DNA of 64,000 nt, taken from the NCBI GenBank assembly GCA_014238535.1, contig JABAAW010000001.1:911-64910 (forward strand), read 5' to 3'. Numbering within the stretch: the stretch's first letter is position 1; every line of letters begins with the position of its first letter. The translations under genes were made by a program, and so were the position numbers. The notes below the pieces were generated by a model. The model saw nothing but the letters and a program-made list of their open reading frames with translations, was not told where the DNA came from and ran no database searches. The DNA is from Alphaproteobacteria bacterium. Lineage in GTDB: Bacteria; Pseudomonadota; Alphaproteobacteria; JABAAW01. This document shows, in pieces, positions 11,492 to 21,601 of the stretch.

Positions 11492-12220
11492 TTATAGTAG
11501 TCCGCGTGATTTGAAGCTCGTATGCCCTTCGCGCGAGACGATTATGTGATCATGTAGGGTCATTCCTAGGTCTTCGGCAATTCGTTTTATCGCGCGTGTT
11601 AGCTCGATATCGTCGATGGAAGGAGTTATGTCTCCGCTAGGATGATTATGCGCTAGCACCATTCCGCTTGCGCCGTAGTTTAGTGCTCTTTTGATTATCT
11701 CTCTTGGATATACGGCAGTCGTATCGATAGTGCCTTGCTGAATAATTTCATCTTTAATTATACGGTTTCTCTTATCTAGGAATAGAACTCGAAATTGCTC
11801 TACTTGCATTCGCGCAGACCTAGCACGGCAAAGGTTTACTATCTGCTGCCACGACGAGACGACATCGGTTTGCACTTCTTCTGCGAGTAACCTCTCGGCT
11901 GCAGCTGTAATGAGTTTTATGATGGTTAGCGAGCTTTCTGCTATTCCCTCAACATTTTCCAGTTCTTGCTGTTCTGCGCTCACGACGTCTGCGAAGCTAC
12001 CGAACCTTGTTATTAATCTTTTAGCGAGAGGTTTTAGATTTTGCCTCGGCACGGCGAAAGTAAGCATCAACTCCAGTAGTTCGTAGTCGTGCATATTTTC
12101 GCCGCAGTCGCGTAAGAATCTTTGGCGCAGGCGTTTTCTGTGCCCTGCGCTGTCTAGCATCGAGGTGGAGTTTTTCTCCGCTGTAGATTTTTTAGCGACT
12201 GCCTCGTTCTTCGTTGCCAT
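11492..12220 (-). CDS. radC: RadC-family JAB/MPN domain protein (UPF0384)
   Basis: HNHPSGDITPSIDD JAMM motif and HhH N-terminal region. The start is trimmed to the internal MATKNE because the longer track ORF overlaps map. Confidence 0.8.
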   Translation of the reverse strand: MATKNEAVAKKSTAEKNSTSMLDSAGHRKRLRQRFLRDCGENMHDYELLELMLTFAVPRQNLKPLAKRLITRFGSFADVVSAEQQELENVEGIAESSLTIIKLITAAAERLLAEEVQTDVVSSWQQIVNLCRARSARMQVEQFRVLFLDKRNRIIKDEIIQQGTIDTTAVYPREIIKRALNYGASGMVLAHNHPSGDITPSIDDIELTRAIKRIAEDLGMTLHDHIIVSREGHTSFKSRGLL

Positions 12221-12230
12221 AGGCTTTTCG

Positions 12231-13028
12231 CTATTGTTGCGTGTATGGAGGGTGGTGCCAGCCCTTTGGCGAGGATGTAAATATTTCTGCACCTTGCTCG
12301 CCGATTCCAATAGTATGTTCGAATTGCGCCGATAATTTTCTATCACGAGTAACGGCTGTCCATCCGTCTTGTAATATTTTTACTTCTGCCCGCCCGTTGT
12401 TTATCATCGGCTCGATTGTGAATATCATTCCTTTTTGTACAGGCAAGCCTTCACCTTTTTTGCCGTAGTGTAGGACGTTTGGAGGTTCGTGGAACTTCCG
12501 CCCTATACCGTGTCCGCAGAAGTCTCGCACGACGCTCGTATGTTGAGTTTCGGCTTTGTTTTGTATAGCAGCCCCGATATCCCCGAGTGTATTTCCTGGT
12601 CGTGCTGCGTCTATCCCCGCCATCAGAGATTCGTAAGTTATCTTTGTCAAGCGCTGTGCGGCGATGGGTATTTTTTTTCCGACCCAAAACATTCTGCTTG
12701 CGTCTCCGTGCCAGCCATTGAGTATTACAGTAATATCGATGTTAGCGATGTCGCCCTCGTGTAGCACTTTTGTTTCACTTGGTATCCCGTGGCATACGAT
12801 ATGGTTTACGCTGATGCAGGTTGCTTTGGGGAAGCCGCGGTAGTTTAGCGGAGCAGGGATAGCGTTATGGCTTCGTATAAAGCTTTCGCATAGCTTATCG
12901 AGTTGCGCGGTATTGCAGCCGTGCATGACTTTTGGCGTTATGAAGTCGAGTGTTCGCGCTGCTAGGTTTCCTGCACGGCGCATAGCGGCGAAGTCTTCTT
13001 TGTTATAAATATTTACGTGCAGACGCAT
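12231..13028 (-). CDS. map: Type I methionine aminopeptidase
   Basis: 265 aa; metal-ligand pattern (D..D..H..E..E) and FCGHGIG motif. Confidence 0.9.
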   Translation of the reverse strand: MRLHVNIYNKEDFAAMRRAGNLAARTLDFITPKVMHGCNTAQLDKLCESFIRSHNAIPAPLNYRGFPKATCISVNHIVCHGIPSETKVLHEGDIANIDITVILNGWHGDASRMFWVGKKIPIAAQRLTKITYESLMAGIDAARPGNTLGDIGAAIQNKAETQHTSVVRDFCGHGIGRKFHEPPNVLHYGKKGEGLPVQKGMIFTIEPMINNGRAEVKILQDGWTAVTRDRKLSAQFEHTIGIGEQGAEIFTSSPKGWHHPPYTQQ

Positions 13029-13105
13029 GGATTTATGCGAGTTTTCTATATGTAAAGTGTTGAAGAAGGCATATTTTGCGAGGAATATCGGAGGAATATC
13101 GATTG

Positions 13106-13624
13106 TTATTCGCTTTTTTCATGCCAATCGGTTGCTCGTTGCAAGTCTTGTTCCGCGGTTGTCAGCCATTTTTTTTGCCCTGATGCTGCCATCTCGCATT
13201 TCCAAAAAGGAGGGCGTACTTTAACCATGTCGGTCATGTATCGGCAAGCCTCGAATGCGTTGTTTCGTTTTTTACTTAGGCTTGCGACTAGCACGATCGT
13301 CTCTCCGACGGGTATTTCTCCTACGCGATGTTGTATTGTTGCATCGATTAGCGCCCATCGTTTGTGCGCTTCGGCGATGATTTCTTGCATACAAAGTATA
13401 GCCATTGCGGGGTAGCAGTCTAGATGCAAAGACACTAGAGATACGGGCTCGTTGTTTTGTTTTTCACTACCATCACCCTGCTGTCTGCTTTCGCTGTTGC
13501 TTCTTGCGATTCCGCAAAAACTTGCGAGCGCGCCGTGTTGCGAGTTATTTGCGTTATGCCTATTTGCAAATGAACGCAGAGCCTCGTATGGGCAGAAATT
13601 ACTTTTGTGCAGTAGCGCGGTCAC
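13106..13624 (-). CDS. moaE: Molybdopterin synthase catalytic subunit MoaE
   Basis: HRVGEIPVGETIVLVA and RPPFWKCE MoaE motifs. Uses a GTG start 7 nt after the moaD stop. Confidence 0.8.
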   Translation of the reverse strand: MTALLHKSNFCPYEALRSFANRHNANNSQHGALASFCGIARSNSESRQQGDGSEKQNNEPVSLVSLHLDCYPAMAILCMQEIIAEAHKRWALIDATIQHRVGEIPVGETIVLVASLSKKRNNAFEACRYMTDMVKVRPPFWKCEMAASGQKKWLTTAEQDLQRATDWHEKSE

Positions 13625-13631
13625 GCTTGCA

Positions 13632-13895
13632 TCACCCCCCTGTTATGGGGGGGAAGAAGGCTACTTCGTCTTGTGGAGTGAGTGGGTTTTCGTGCTCGAC
13701 GATTTTTTTGTTGATGGCGACTTTCACGAGGCTAAGTTCGGCGAAGGTTTCTTCGTAAGCTTTGCCTTGTTTCCGTAAGAGATAGATCAGTTTATCGATG
13801 GTATCGACGCTACTATCCACTTCTATTTCTTCTTCTCTCTTGCCGATTTTTTCGGCAAACCATGCGAAATACAGAATTTTCATCATAACCCTCAT
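13632..13895 (-). CDS. moaD: Molybdopterin synthase sulfur-carrier subunit MoaD
   Basis: 87 aa ending in ...PPITGG (diglycine C-terminus); immediately upstream of moaE. Confidence 0.75.
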   Translation of the reverse strand: MRVMMKILYFAWFAEKIGKREEEIEVDSSVDTIDKLIYLLRKQGKAYEETFAELSLVKVAINKKIVEHENPLTPQDEVAFFPPITGG

Positions 13896-13967
13896 TACGC
13901 TACACTGTCTTTGGTTACTGCCTTTACTGCCTTTGCCTTTATGCGATTAGATTATCGCAGCTGGTGT

Positions 13968-15299
13968 TTATCGGCTAGGAATTATTTCGCGCATGGGTAG
14001 GAAATCTACGGTCTGCCCGACGTCGTATTGTGTTATTGCTGCGTCCAGTTGGGCGAATCCGTCGGCATCCATGACTGAGCTCAGCACTCCTGCGCCACTT
14101 TTGCCATTTTTTTTTAGGATAGGCAAGTCGAATTTATTTTCAGCCTTGTGTTTTGTCGTTACTATTTTAACGCGAATGAACTCTACCCTGCCTTTTTTTT
14201 TGACTCCCTTGAAGTTCAACCTTGCAGGGAATCTTTTAGGAGTTTCGGGGTTTTGTCCGCTTAGGCGGCGCAACAAGGGTTGGACTATAAGAGCGAAGGT
14301 AAGAAAGCTAGCGACCGGGTTGCCTGGCAAGCCTGCGAAGGGTAGGTTTTTTATACGCCCGATGCCGATGGGTCTTCCTGGTTTTGTTGCGACTCGCCAG
14401 AAGTCAAATTTTCCTTCGCTTTTGCAATAGTTAGCGATGCAGTCGAGACGGCTTTTGGACATGCCTCCGCTTGTGATGATGATATCGTAGCGGTGTTTTC
14501 TATCTAAGTTTTTGTCGTTATTTTCATCCTTGCTTGCCATGAGGATAGGTGCGAAAGCTTTGTCGATGCTTTCGTGATTGTCGTCGAGTATCCCGCCATC
14601 GAAGACTAGGCATCCTAGTTCGAGTAGCCATTGTTGTAGCATCGTTGCGTTGCTGTCGAAGATTTGAGCGTCTTTGATTTTTTGGTTGTTTCGTATAATC
14701 TCTGCGCCGCTAGAGAACAAAGCTACGCGCAATTGATTGAAGACTTTTATTTTTTTGATACCGAGCGATGCGAGAATTGCGCAATCGATGATGTTAAGTC
14801 GTTTCCCTTTGTTCATCAGGCGAGTATTTTTTTTAATATCGTCGCCTATTTGGCGACTATTTGCGCCTTTGCTCAAACCGAAAGGAACGGTTACGCAACT
14901 ATTTTTTATTACGGCGTCTTCTTCCATCACGACTGTATCTGCCCCACGCGGCATAGGTGCCCCAGTATATATCGGACAAGCTTGCCCAAGTGCGAGGTTT
15001 TTTGTAGATACCTGCCCGGTTATAATTTCCTCTGCAAGCGTTAATTTTGTCGCGCCATTTCTTTTCAGGCTCTTGAAAGCAAAGGCGAAACCGTCTACAG
15101 CAGAGTTTGCAAAATTCGGCACATTGCTAGCTGCTTGAATATCCTCTGCTATAATTCGTCCGCAACCTTGTGCGAGCGGTACCATTTCATTTCGTTTCTC
15201 GTGGTTCTTTGGCAAGGGAAAGCGCTTGATACGCGCAAGTGCGTGCGCGAGCGAGATCAAATTTCCATCAGGGTGATTGTTTTGATCTTTAATCTGCAT
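13968..15299 (-). CDS. moeA: Molybdopterin molybdotransferase MoeA
   Basis: 443 aa with the MoeA/gephyrin E-domain pattern (GGMSKSRLD, PGNPVAS). Confidence 0.85.
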   Translation of the reverse strand: MQIKDQNNHPDGNLISLAHALARIKRFPLPKNHEKRNEMVPLAQGCGRIIAEDIQAASNVPNFANSAVDGFAFAFKSLKRNGATKLTLAEEIITGQVSTKNLALGQACPIYTGAPMPRGADTVVMEEDAVIKNSCVTVPFGLSKGANSRQIGDDIKKNTRLMNKGKRLNIIDCAILASLGIKKIKVFNQLRVALFSSGAEIIRNNQKIKDAQIFDSNATMLQQWLLELGCLVFDGGILDDNHESIDKAFAPILMASKDENNDKNLDRKHRYDIIITSGGMSKSRLDCIANYCKSEGKFDFWRVATKPGRPIGIGRIKNLPFAGLPGNPVASFLTFALIVQPLLRRLSGQNPETPKRFPARLNFKGVKKKGRVEFIRVKIVTTKHKAENKFDLPILKKNGKSGAGVLSSVMDADGFAQLDAAITQYDVGQTVDFLPMREIIPSR

Positions 15300-15304
15300 A
15301 CTGC

Positions 15305-15853
15305 TTATGTTTCTTGAGAATGGGGCAAGCTAGTTTTACCTTTTGTTGGATAGGTAAAGAATGATTTGTCGAGTATAAAATCGGTAATTTCCACAATATT
15401 ATCAGCATCGAATGTTGGAATGGATACCCGTTCCGCTATGGCTGTATCGCTGATGATGGCTTTTATACGCGAGTCGTTGGGTGCCAGTAAGCTTTTTTGC
15501 AGGGATGTTCGATAAATTTCCAGCTTGTCGATAGGAAGTTTTTTGAAGCCCTCGACCAACAGCACATCGACCTTCTCGATTTTCGCGACAAGCGAGAATA
15601 ACGACAATGGATGCTCATCGCTACCATGCTCGTGCATCAACGCCCAACGCTTATCTGATGCGATGACGACTTCTTTCGCGCCCGCCAGCCGATGTCGGTA
15701 GGAATCTTTTTTTGGATGGTCTATATCGAAGCTATGGTGGGCATGCTTTATCGTTGATACGCTTAAGCCACGCGCCGAGATGTTTTTGATTAGCGCGCAG
15801 GCTAATCGAGTCTTACCGCTGTCGCTCCAGCCTGCAAGACCTACGAGCTTCAT
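15305..15853 (-). CDS. mobB: Molybdopterin-guanine dinucleotide biosynthesis adapter protein MobB
   Basis: N-terminal P-loop GWSDSGKT; 182 aa; lies in the Moco gene block. Confidence 0.75.
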   Translation of the reverse strand: MKLVGLAGWSDSGKTRLACALIKNISARGLSVSTIKHAHHSFDIDHPKKDSYRHRLAGAKEVVIASDKRWALMHEHGSDEHPLSLFSLVAKIEKVDVLLVEGFKKLPIDKLEIYRTSLQKSLLAPNDSRIKAIISDTAIAERVSIPTFDADNIVEITDFILDKSFFTYPTKGKTSLPHSQET

Positions 15854-16551
15854 AAGCTTTTATTGTTACTTTTTTGCAAGGTGGAGAATGCGGTTGTCGT
15901 GTACAGCCAGCCTGTATAAATTGTAACGACACACGCGGTTAGCAGAACTGCATCTGCGAGTAGCGAAAACCATAGCAGTCGTTGTCCGTCTAGAGCTGCG
16001 ACCGATAGGCTTTGTCCCCCTACTCCTAGCATCTGTAAAACCGTCTTGTATTTTGCAAGCCTTGTGACTGGTAAAGAACCGTGCGCTTTTTGTGCTAGGA
16101 ATTCTCGTAGGCCAGAGATGATTATCTCGCGAGTTATGATCAGGCTAGCGCATATAAAAGCTGCTGCGGACATCCCATTGCCTAATCGTTGTGGCACTAT
16201 GCCATCATCGATTCCATTGCGCGCTAGGACAGCAAGGAATAGAGCGAAGACGAGTATTTTATCGAGTATCGGGTCGAAGGCTTGTCCGAACAATGAAATA
16301 GCATCCCATCGCCTTGCGAGGTAACCATCCAGATGGTCTCCAACGCAAGCGATGAAGAACAGAAACCAGCCACAGAACGCTTGTATAGGTGAGCCTAGCA
16401 CTAGAATTATTATTGGGAAGACTAGCATCCCCCGCGCGAGCGTTATCATATTTGGCGTGCGTTTTTTCCATAGCTTAACCTTTGAGCCAGTATTGGGCTT
16501 AGCCTTGGGTTTGTTTTTGTATTTATGCGAGGTTTTTTTAGAGGAAGCCAT
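15850..16551 (-). CDS. pgsA: CDP-diacylglycerol--glycerol-3-phosphate 3-phosphatidyltransferase
   Basis: CDP-alcohol phosphatidyltransferase motif DHLDGYLARRW; multiple transmembrane segments. Confidence 0.8.
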   Translation of the reverse strand: MASSKKTSHKYKNKPKAKPNTGSKVKLWKKRTPNMITLARGMLVFPIIILVLGSPIQAFCGWFLFFIACVGDHLDGYLARRWDAISLFGQAFDPILDKILVFALFLAVLARNGIDDGIVPQRLGNGMSAAAFICASLIITREIIISGLREFLAQKAHGSLPVTRLAKYKTVLQMLGVGGQSLSVAALDGQRLLWFSLLADAVLLTACVVTIYTGWLYTTTAFSTLQKSNNKSL

Positions 16552-16594
16552 GTAGCTATTGTAACAAAATTTTTTTCTCTAAAGAAGTTTTTGT

Positions 16595-17239
16595 TTATGT
16601 CCTCGTTTGTGTTCTAGTTTCATAATCTTTCACCATACTGATGCGAATAGCGCACCGTCGATCTAGTTTTGGCAACAATGCACGCAACGCATTGGGATGC
16701 ACTGCGATACAACCCTCTGTTGTTGGGTAAGGGCTTTTATTTGTGCGCGCTGCGTGTAGAAAAATCGCGCTACCGCGTTTAGGACGGGCAGGGGCATCGT
16801 TGAAGCCGATGACTAGTAGCAGATCGTATAACCCATCTCTGCGATATAATGTTTCGTGTGATAGTCTGCTAGGTATTGCGAGTGGGCGGTTGTAACGATA
16901 AGGCTGGCGCGCATCATCGCACCAAGCACTGCGGGCGGTAGTCCGTAGTAATGCTATACGAGTGTTGGGGGCAGCTATGGAATGTAGGGACCTATTATAA
17001 TAGCGGTTAGCATTCATTAGTACAGCCCGTAAGGGGAATGTGCCAATTGGAGTAATGCCATCGCCTTCCTTTTTTTTAACGCCGAGCCCTGCTTTTCCGA
17101 ACGAGCAAGGTGCTCGCTGCGCTCCACATAAGAGCAAGCCGTGCGTAGCTCCAGACTTTGCTCGAACCCGCATAGCGATGCGGTAAGATCGGCGCAAAGG
17201 CTTGCAGTCTCGCAAAGGTTGCCCGAAGATGAAGCGCAT
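16595..17239 (-). CDS. L,D-transpeptidase (YkuD family)
   Basis: Catalytic His/Cys region FLHAAR...TEGCIAV typical of YkuD domains. Confidence 0.7.
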   Translation of the reverse strand: MRFIFGQPLRDCKPLRRSYRIAMRVRAKSGATHGLLLCGAQRAPCSFGKAGLGVKKKEGDGITPIGTFPLRAVLMNANRYYNRSLHSIAAPNTRIALLRTTARSAWCDDARQPYRYNRPLAIPSRLSHETLYRRDGLYDLLLVIGFNDAPARPKRGSAIFLHAARTNKSPYPTTEGCIAVHPNALRALLPKLDRRCAIRISMVKDYETRTQTRT

Positions 17240-17247
17240 CCGCCCCT

Positions 17248-19659
17248 TTACCCCTCGCGCATTCTGCAGCCTAATGCTTGTAGGGAAGATACAATTTCTT
17301 GTGATAATGCCTGTGCTTCCTCCTCGTTGAGCGCACGCTCGTTAGGCGGTAGCATCTCTACCTCGAATGCGAGTGATCGTTCATCCTTGCTATGGTATTC
17401 GTCGAAGAAGTTCAGCTTGGCGATTCGGTTTCGCGTCCGTCGTAGCACGGAGGTTTTTATGTCTGCTGCACTTATTGTATCAGGAATCCAGAACGCGAAA
17501 TCTCGATATAGCGATTGTTGCTTTTGACGCCGCCACGGCTTTGGGGCAATGCGTTGTTTTGGTGCGGGGAGACGATCTAGGAATGCTTCGAACGCCACGA
17601 CGCGCCCTCGTAAATCGAAGTGTTGGCATAGGTCGGGGTGCAGTTCGCCGAACTGTCCGATCAGCACTTTACCCAATCTGAATATGCCATATCGCAACGG
17701 GTGGTATCCTTCCGGGGCATCTTCATCCTGCACAACCTCAGACTCCAAGCGCGAGCTGTCCAATCCGCAAGCGTCGAACACAGCGCGTAGGTCGGCTTTC
17801 GCATCGAAGGGAGTAGCCTCGCGTGCGGGGTTTTGCCAGTGGCGAGCTTCGATAGGGCTAGTTCTTATCCCGACAGCAACCTGCTCTTGCTGAATTTTCT
17901 GTTCCGTCGCTATAAACTGCGGACCGACTTCAAACAACGCGGGCGAATGCCTAGCCGCTTGCAGCTTATCTTGCGAGATATTTTGTGCAGCACTTGCAAT
18001 TAAATTCGGCACTAACGAAGGGCGCAAAGAATCGAGGTATGCGCTGATGGGGTTAAGAATGCGTAGCTCTTCCTCGATGTTGAAAAATTTTTGTATGCGT
18101 GAATCTAGAAACGACCAAGTTATAACCTCATCGAGCCCAACTATGGCTAACCTGCGCCGCACTAGTGCATCGCGTTTTTGTTTTGTTGATATCGCACGTC
18201 GCGCGAGCGTCGTCTCGCGACGAAAGGGTGCATAAGGTACAGCATCGTAGCCGTGTACTCGTAAAACTTCTTCGACCAAGCATTCAGCACTCGTTACATC
18301 CTCGCGCCACGAAGGGGTATGGAATGTTGCGTTATCTTTTACGAATCCTAGCGCGTCTAGAATTTGTTCTACGCGTTTTTGTTCGATATCGATCCCGCCT
18401 AATTTTTTAATTTTTGCACTAGGTAGAGCGATTTGCCGCGATGCTTTTGGCATTGCGCCAGCTATAATGATTTCGCTTGCCTCCCCCCCGCACCATTCGA
18501 GTACCAGTGCGCTAGCGATGTCGCAGTAATTTTGTGCTGCCGCGCTATCTAGCCCTCGCTCGAAGCGGAAACGCGCGTCAGAGTTTAAGTTTAACGCTCG
18601 CCCCACCGTTGCGGTAGTGCGTGCGTCGAATAGGGCGCATTCTAGGAACATGTCGTTTGTATCGCTTCCGCATCCGCTTTCCAAGCCGCCAATAATGCCG
18701 GCAATTCCGACTAGTTCGTGCTTATCTGCAATCACGGTTGCGTCTTTTGTGAGGCGATAGGTTTTATTATCTAACGCGAGCAGAGATTCGTCTTTGCATG
18801 CCTTGCGTATGGTTAGCTCGCTACCTTGTAGTTTTTTTGCATCGAATACATGCAAGGGTCGCGCGAGGTCCATTGTCATATAGTTTGTCATGTCGACGAG
18901 CGCGGATATAGATTTTATACCGATTGCTTTTAGTCGTGCGCGCACATGCTGTGGTGCCTGCTTGTTTTTCAGGTTGCGGAAGTAGCGTCCGCATACGAAT
19001 GGGCAATGGTGTTTTTGCTCGTTTGGCAAATCTATGCGCCAAGCGATTGGCGATACGAAAGACTCTTTTAGATTCGGCTTAGATAGCGGCTTAAGTTTTC
19101 CTATTTCGCTAGCCGCGAGATCGCGTGCTATTCCTCTAACGCCTAGACAATCTGCTCGATTAGGAGTAATGGCGATTGTAAAGACGCTATCTTGCAGGTT
19201 GGCTGCCTGCGCGAAACTATCGCCAAGTCTGCAAGTATCCTCTAGCTCTAAGATGCCTTCGTGATCATCAGATATTCCAAGTTCGTATTCGGATAGTAGC
19301 ATTCCCTGCGAGTCCGCACCTTGTATTTTTGCTGCTTTCAAACGAATTCCTGTTTCTGGTATCACGCTGCCTACGGGAGCGAACACACCTAGAAAATTTT
19401 CACGCACATTATGCGCACCGCATACCACTTGTAGTGGCTCGGCTTTTTCATCAAAACGCACGCGACATAGACTAAGCCGCTCGGCACGCGGATGGGCTTT
19501 GCACTCGATTACTCGCGCAACTCGCAAGCCTGCAAACCTATCTGCTGGATTTTGGTATTCTTCGACTTCAAGCCCGATTGCTGTTAGGCGCTCGCACAGC
19601 TCTTTGTCGCTAGCTGAAAAGTCTAGATGCTCTGATAGCCAGCTACGGGTGAAGCGCAT
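17248..19659 (-). CDS. pheT: Phenylalanine--tRNA ligase beta subunit
   Basis: 803 aa; tRNA-binding, B3/B4, B5 and FDX-ACB domain patterns; adjacent to pheS. Confidence 0.95.
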   Translation of the reverse strand: MRFTRSWLSEHLDFSASDKELCERLTAIGLEVEEYQNPADRFAGLRVARVIECKAHPRAERLSLCRVRFDEKAEPLQVVCGAHNVRENFLGVFAPVGSVIPETGIRLKAAKIQGADSQGMLLSEYELGISDDHEGILELEDTCRLGDSFAQAANLQDSVFTIAITPNRADCLGVRGIARDLAASEIGKLKPLSKPNLKESFVSPIAWRIDLPNEQKHHCPFVCGRYFRNLKNKQAPQHVRARLKAIGIKSISALVDMTNYMTMDLARPLHVFDAKKLQGSELTIRKACKDESLLALDNKTYRLTKDATVIADKHELVGIAGIIGGLESGCGSDTNDMFLECALFDARTTATVGRALNLNSDARFRFERGLDSAAAQNYCDIASALVLEWCGGEASEIIIAGAMPKASRQIALPSAKIKKLGGIDIEQKRVEQILDALGFVKDNATFHTPSWREDVTSAECLVEEVLRVHGYDAVPYAPFRRETTLARRAISTKQKRDALVRRRLAIVGLDEVITWSFLDSRIQKFFNIEEELRILNPISAYLDSLRPSLVPNLIASAAQNISQDKLQAARHSPALFEVGPQFIATEQKIQQEQVAVGIRTSPIEARHWQNPAREATPFDAKADLRAVFDACGLDSSRLESEVVQDEDAPEGYHPLRYGIFRLGKVLIGQFGELHPDLCQHFDLRGRVVAFEAFLDRLPAPKQRIAPKPWRRQKQQSLYRDFAFWIPDTISAADIKTSVLRRTRNRIAKLNFFDEYHSKDERSLAFEVEMLPPNERALNEEEAQALSQEIVSSLQALGCRMREG

Positions 19660-19692
19660 TTCTACTACTTACGAATAGTTTAAAAGTTAGAG

Positions 19693-20871
19693 CTATAGAT
19701 TTTGTGGTCGCAAGCCGCGCACTAACGACGGAGCGTCTAGCGGCGAGAACCCATAGTGCTGTAGCCATGCGCTGTTGGAATCGAACATTGTTCGTAAGTC
19801 AGCGATTGAGTATTTTAGCATAGCCAACCTCTCTACGCCCATGCCGAAAGCGAAACCTTGATACTTGTCTGGGTCTAGCTTGCACGCTCGCAGAACATTG
19901 GGGTGGACCATGCCACAGCCGAGTATTTCCATCCACGCGAGGTTTGGCTCATCGAGGCTTTTAAGGATTTCGATTTTTCCATCTTCACGCTTGCACGCGA
20001 TGTCCATCTCCGCGCTAGGTTCTGTGAATGGGAAGTAGCTAGGTCGAAAGCGTACTGGCACACTTTCGTTTTCGAAGAAGGCTCGAACGAAATCGCTGAG
20101 GCATGTTTTCAAATGCCCGAAGTGAGTCTTTTCATCGACCACCAGCCCCTCGACTTGGTGGAACATAGGTGTATGCGTTTGATCGCTATCGCTTCGATAG
20201 CATCGCCCAGGTGCGATTACACGAATCGGTGGTTTGCCATCCAGCATCGTTCGCACTTGTACCGGCGAGGTGTGCGTTCGTAGCAACCAATGCTCTTGTA
20301 CTTGCTCTGCAGAAGTCCCATCTGGCGGTTTTTTCGCCTTTAGGTAGAATGTATCGTGCATTTGCCGTGCGGGATGATTTGGCGGAAAGTTTAGGGCTAC
20401 GAAGTTGTGGAAATCGTCCTCGACGTCGGGTCCTTCGGCGCACGCGAAGCCCATGTCGCCAAAAATAGCTATCACCTCCTCGATAACTTGTCCTATTGGA
20501 TGCAAGACACCGATTTTATGGGGACGCTCTGGCATGGAGGTGTCGATTTTTTCTGCCAGCATTTTTTGCTTCATCGCGTACTTTTCGACTTTTGCACGCG
20601 ATTTTTCAAAATCAAGAAGCATTTTTTGCTTCAGGTGATTTATGACGGCTCCCTGTTCGCTACGCGCGAGTGGTGCGAGTGTGCCAATGTTGTGCAAAGT
20701 CTTCTGCAATGCTGATTTTTTACCGAAGAATTTCGTGCGTATCCTCTCCAACGCAAGGTTTGCGAAAGAAGCATTTTCTGTTTCGCAATCTCGTATCGAT
20801 TGCACCAGCTCTTCGCTAAACGCCCTCTCGATGCGCTCCAGCTCTGCTGCTAAGTTCGCATCCATCGGCAC
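19693..20871 (-). CDS. pheS: Phenylalanine--tRNA ligase alpha subunit
   Basis: Class II synthetase core (FRPSYFPFTEPS, GCGMVHPNVL). Confidence 0.9.
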   Translation of the reverse strand: MPMDANLAAELERIERAFSEELVQSIRDCETENASFANLALERIRTKFFGKKSALQKTLHNIGTLAPLARSEQGAVINHLKQKMLLDFEKSRAKVEKYAMKQKMLAEKIDTSMPERPHKIGVLHPIGQVIEEVIAIFGDMGFACAEGPDVEDDFHNFVALNFPPNHPARQMHDTFYLKAKKPPDGTSAEQVQEHWLLRTHTSPVQVRTMLDGKPPIRVIAPGRCYRSDSDQTHTPMFHQVEGLVVDEKTHFGHLKTCLSDFVRAFFENESVPVRFRPSYFPFTEPSAEMDIACKREDGKIEILKSLDEPNLAWMEILGCGMVHPNVLRACKLDPDKYQGFAFGMGVERLAMLKYSIADLRTMFDSNSAWLQHYGFSPLDAPSLVRGLRPQNL

Positions 20872-20880
20872 GAATCTCTG

Positions 20881-21252
20881 CTAGGAGTCTTTGAGAGAAT
20901 CCAGCTTACTACGCGCTTTTGTCACTAGTTCTTCGAAACGTTTAGGTTCTTCGATTGCGAGTGTTGACAAGATTTTTCTATTTACGCGTACCCCTAGTAA
21001 TCCCAGCGCATATACGAATTGCGCATAGCGCAATCCACCCATGCGCACAGCGGCGTTCAGGCGTTGTATCCACAATCGACGAAAATCGCGCTTACGTCTG
21101 CGACGATCACGATACCTATACTGCTCTGCTCGCTCAACGGCTTGCCGCGCTACACGGATCGTATTTTTACGCCTGCCGAAATAGCCTTTTGCACGTTTTA
21201 GTATACGTTTGTGGCTTGCTTTCTTTGTTGTTCCGCGTTTGACCCTAGGCAT
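20881..21252 (-). CDS. rplT: 50S ribosomal protein L20
   Basis: [19 protein letters not shown]... is highly conserved L20 sequence. Confidence 0.95.
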   Translation of the reverse strand: MPRVKRGTTKKASHKRILKRAKGYFGRRKNTIRVARQAVERAEQYRYRDRRRRKRDFRRLWIQRLNAAVRMGGLRYAQFVYALGLLGVRVNRKILSTLAIEEPKRFEELVTKARSKLDSLKDS

Positions 21253-21270
21253 TCGCTATCTGCGCCTCCA

Positions 21271-21471
21271 TCAGCGCATTGGTAAAAAATTTCGCAACAC
21301 GATCTTTGCATCGCTGCTCGTTAAAATCTGGCTACCGCGATTCGTGCGCTTCATATCTTGCGGTCTTTTCGAGGTATTATGGCGCAAGTATGCGCTGTTG
21401 AAACGAACCTTGCCCGTTGCACTCAGGCGGAAGCGTTTTTTTGCGGCACTTTTGTTTTTTAACTTCGGCAT
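21271..21471 (-). CDS. rpmI: 50S ribosomal protein L35
   Basis: The internal start MPKLKNKSAAKKRF... gives the canonical ~66-aa L35. The longer track ORF (to 21519) is an upstream extension. Confidence 0.85.
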   Translation of the reverse strand: MPKLKNKSAAKKRFRLSATGKVRFNSAYLRHNTSKRPQDMKRTNRGSQILTSSDAKIVLRNFLPMR

Positions 21472-21601
21472 GCTATCGATAATAATTTTATGCAGAACAC
21501 GAGGCAACGCACTTTGCAATAAGTAATTTATAAACTAATTTATAGGCGAGGCTTGCCTGCTTCGCAAGTTATTTTACAAGATTCGTTAGTAGCTGGTCTA
21601 G

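Noticed and set aside
13632-13655. C6/G7 inverted repeat (cccccc tgttat ggggggg) at the moaD-moaE junction as a terminator or attenuator
   Set aside because: It lies within the moaD coding end (Pro-Pro-Ile-Thr-Gly-Gly) and no U-tract follows it. It is better explained by codon constraints and RBS function for moaE.
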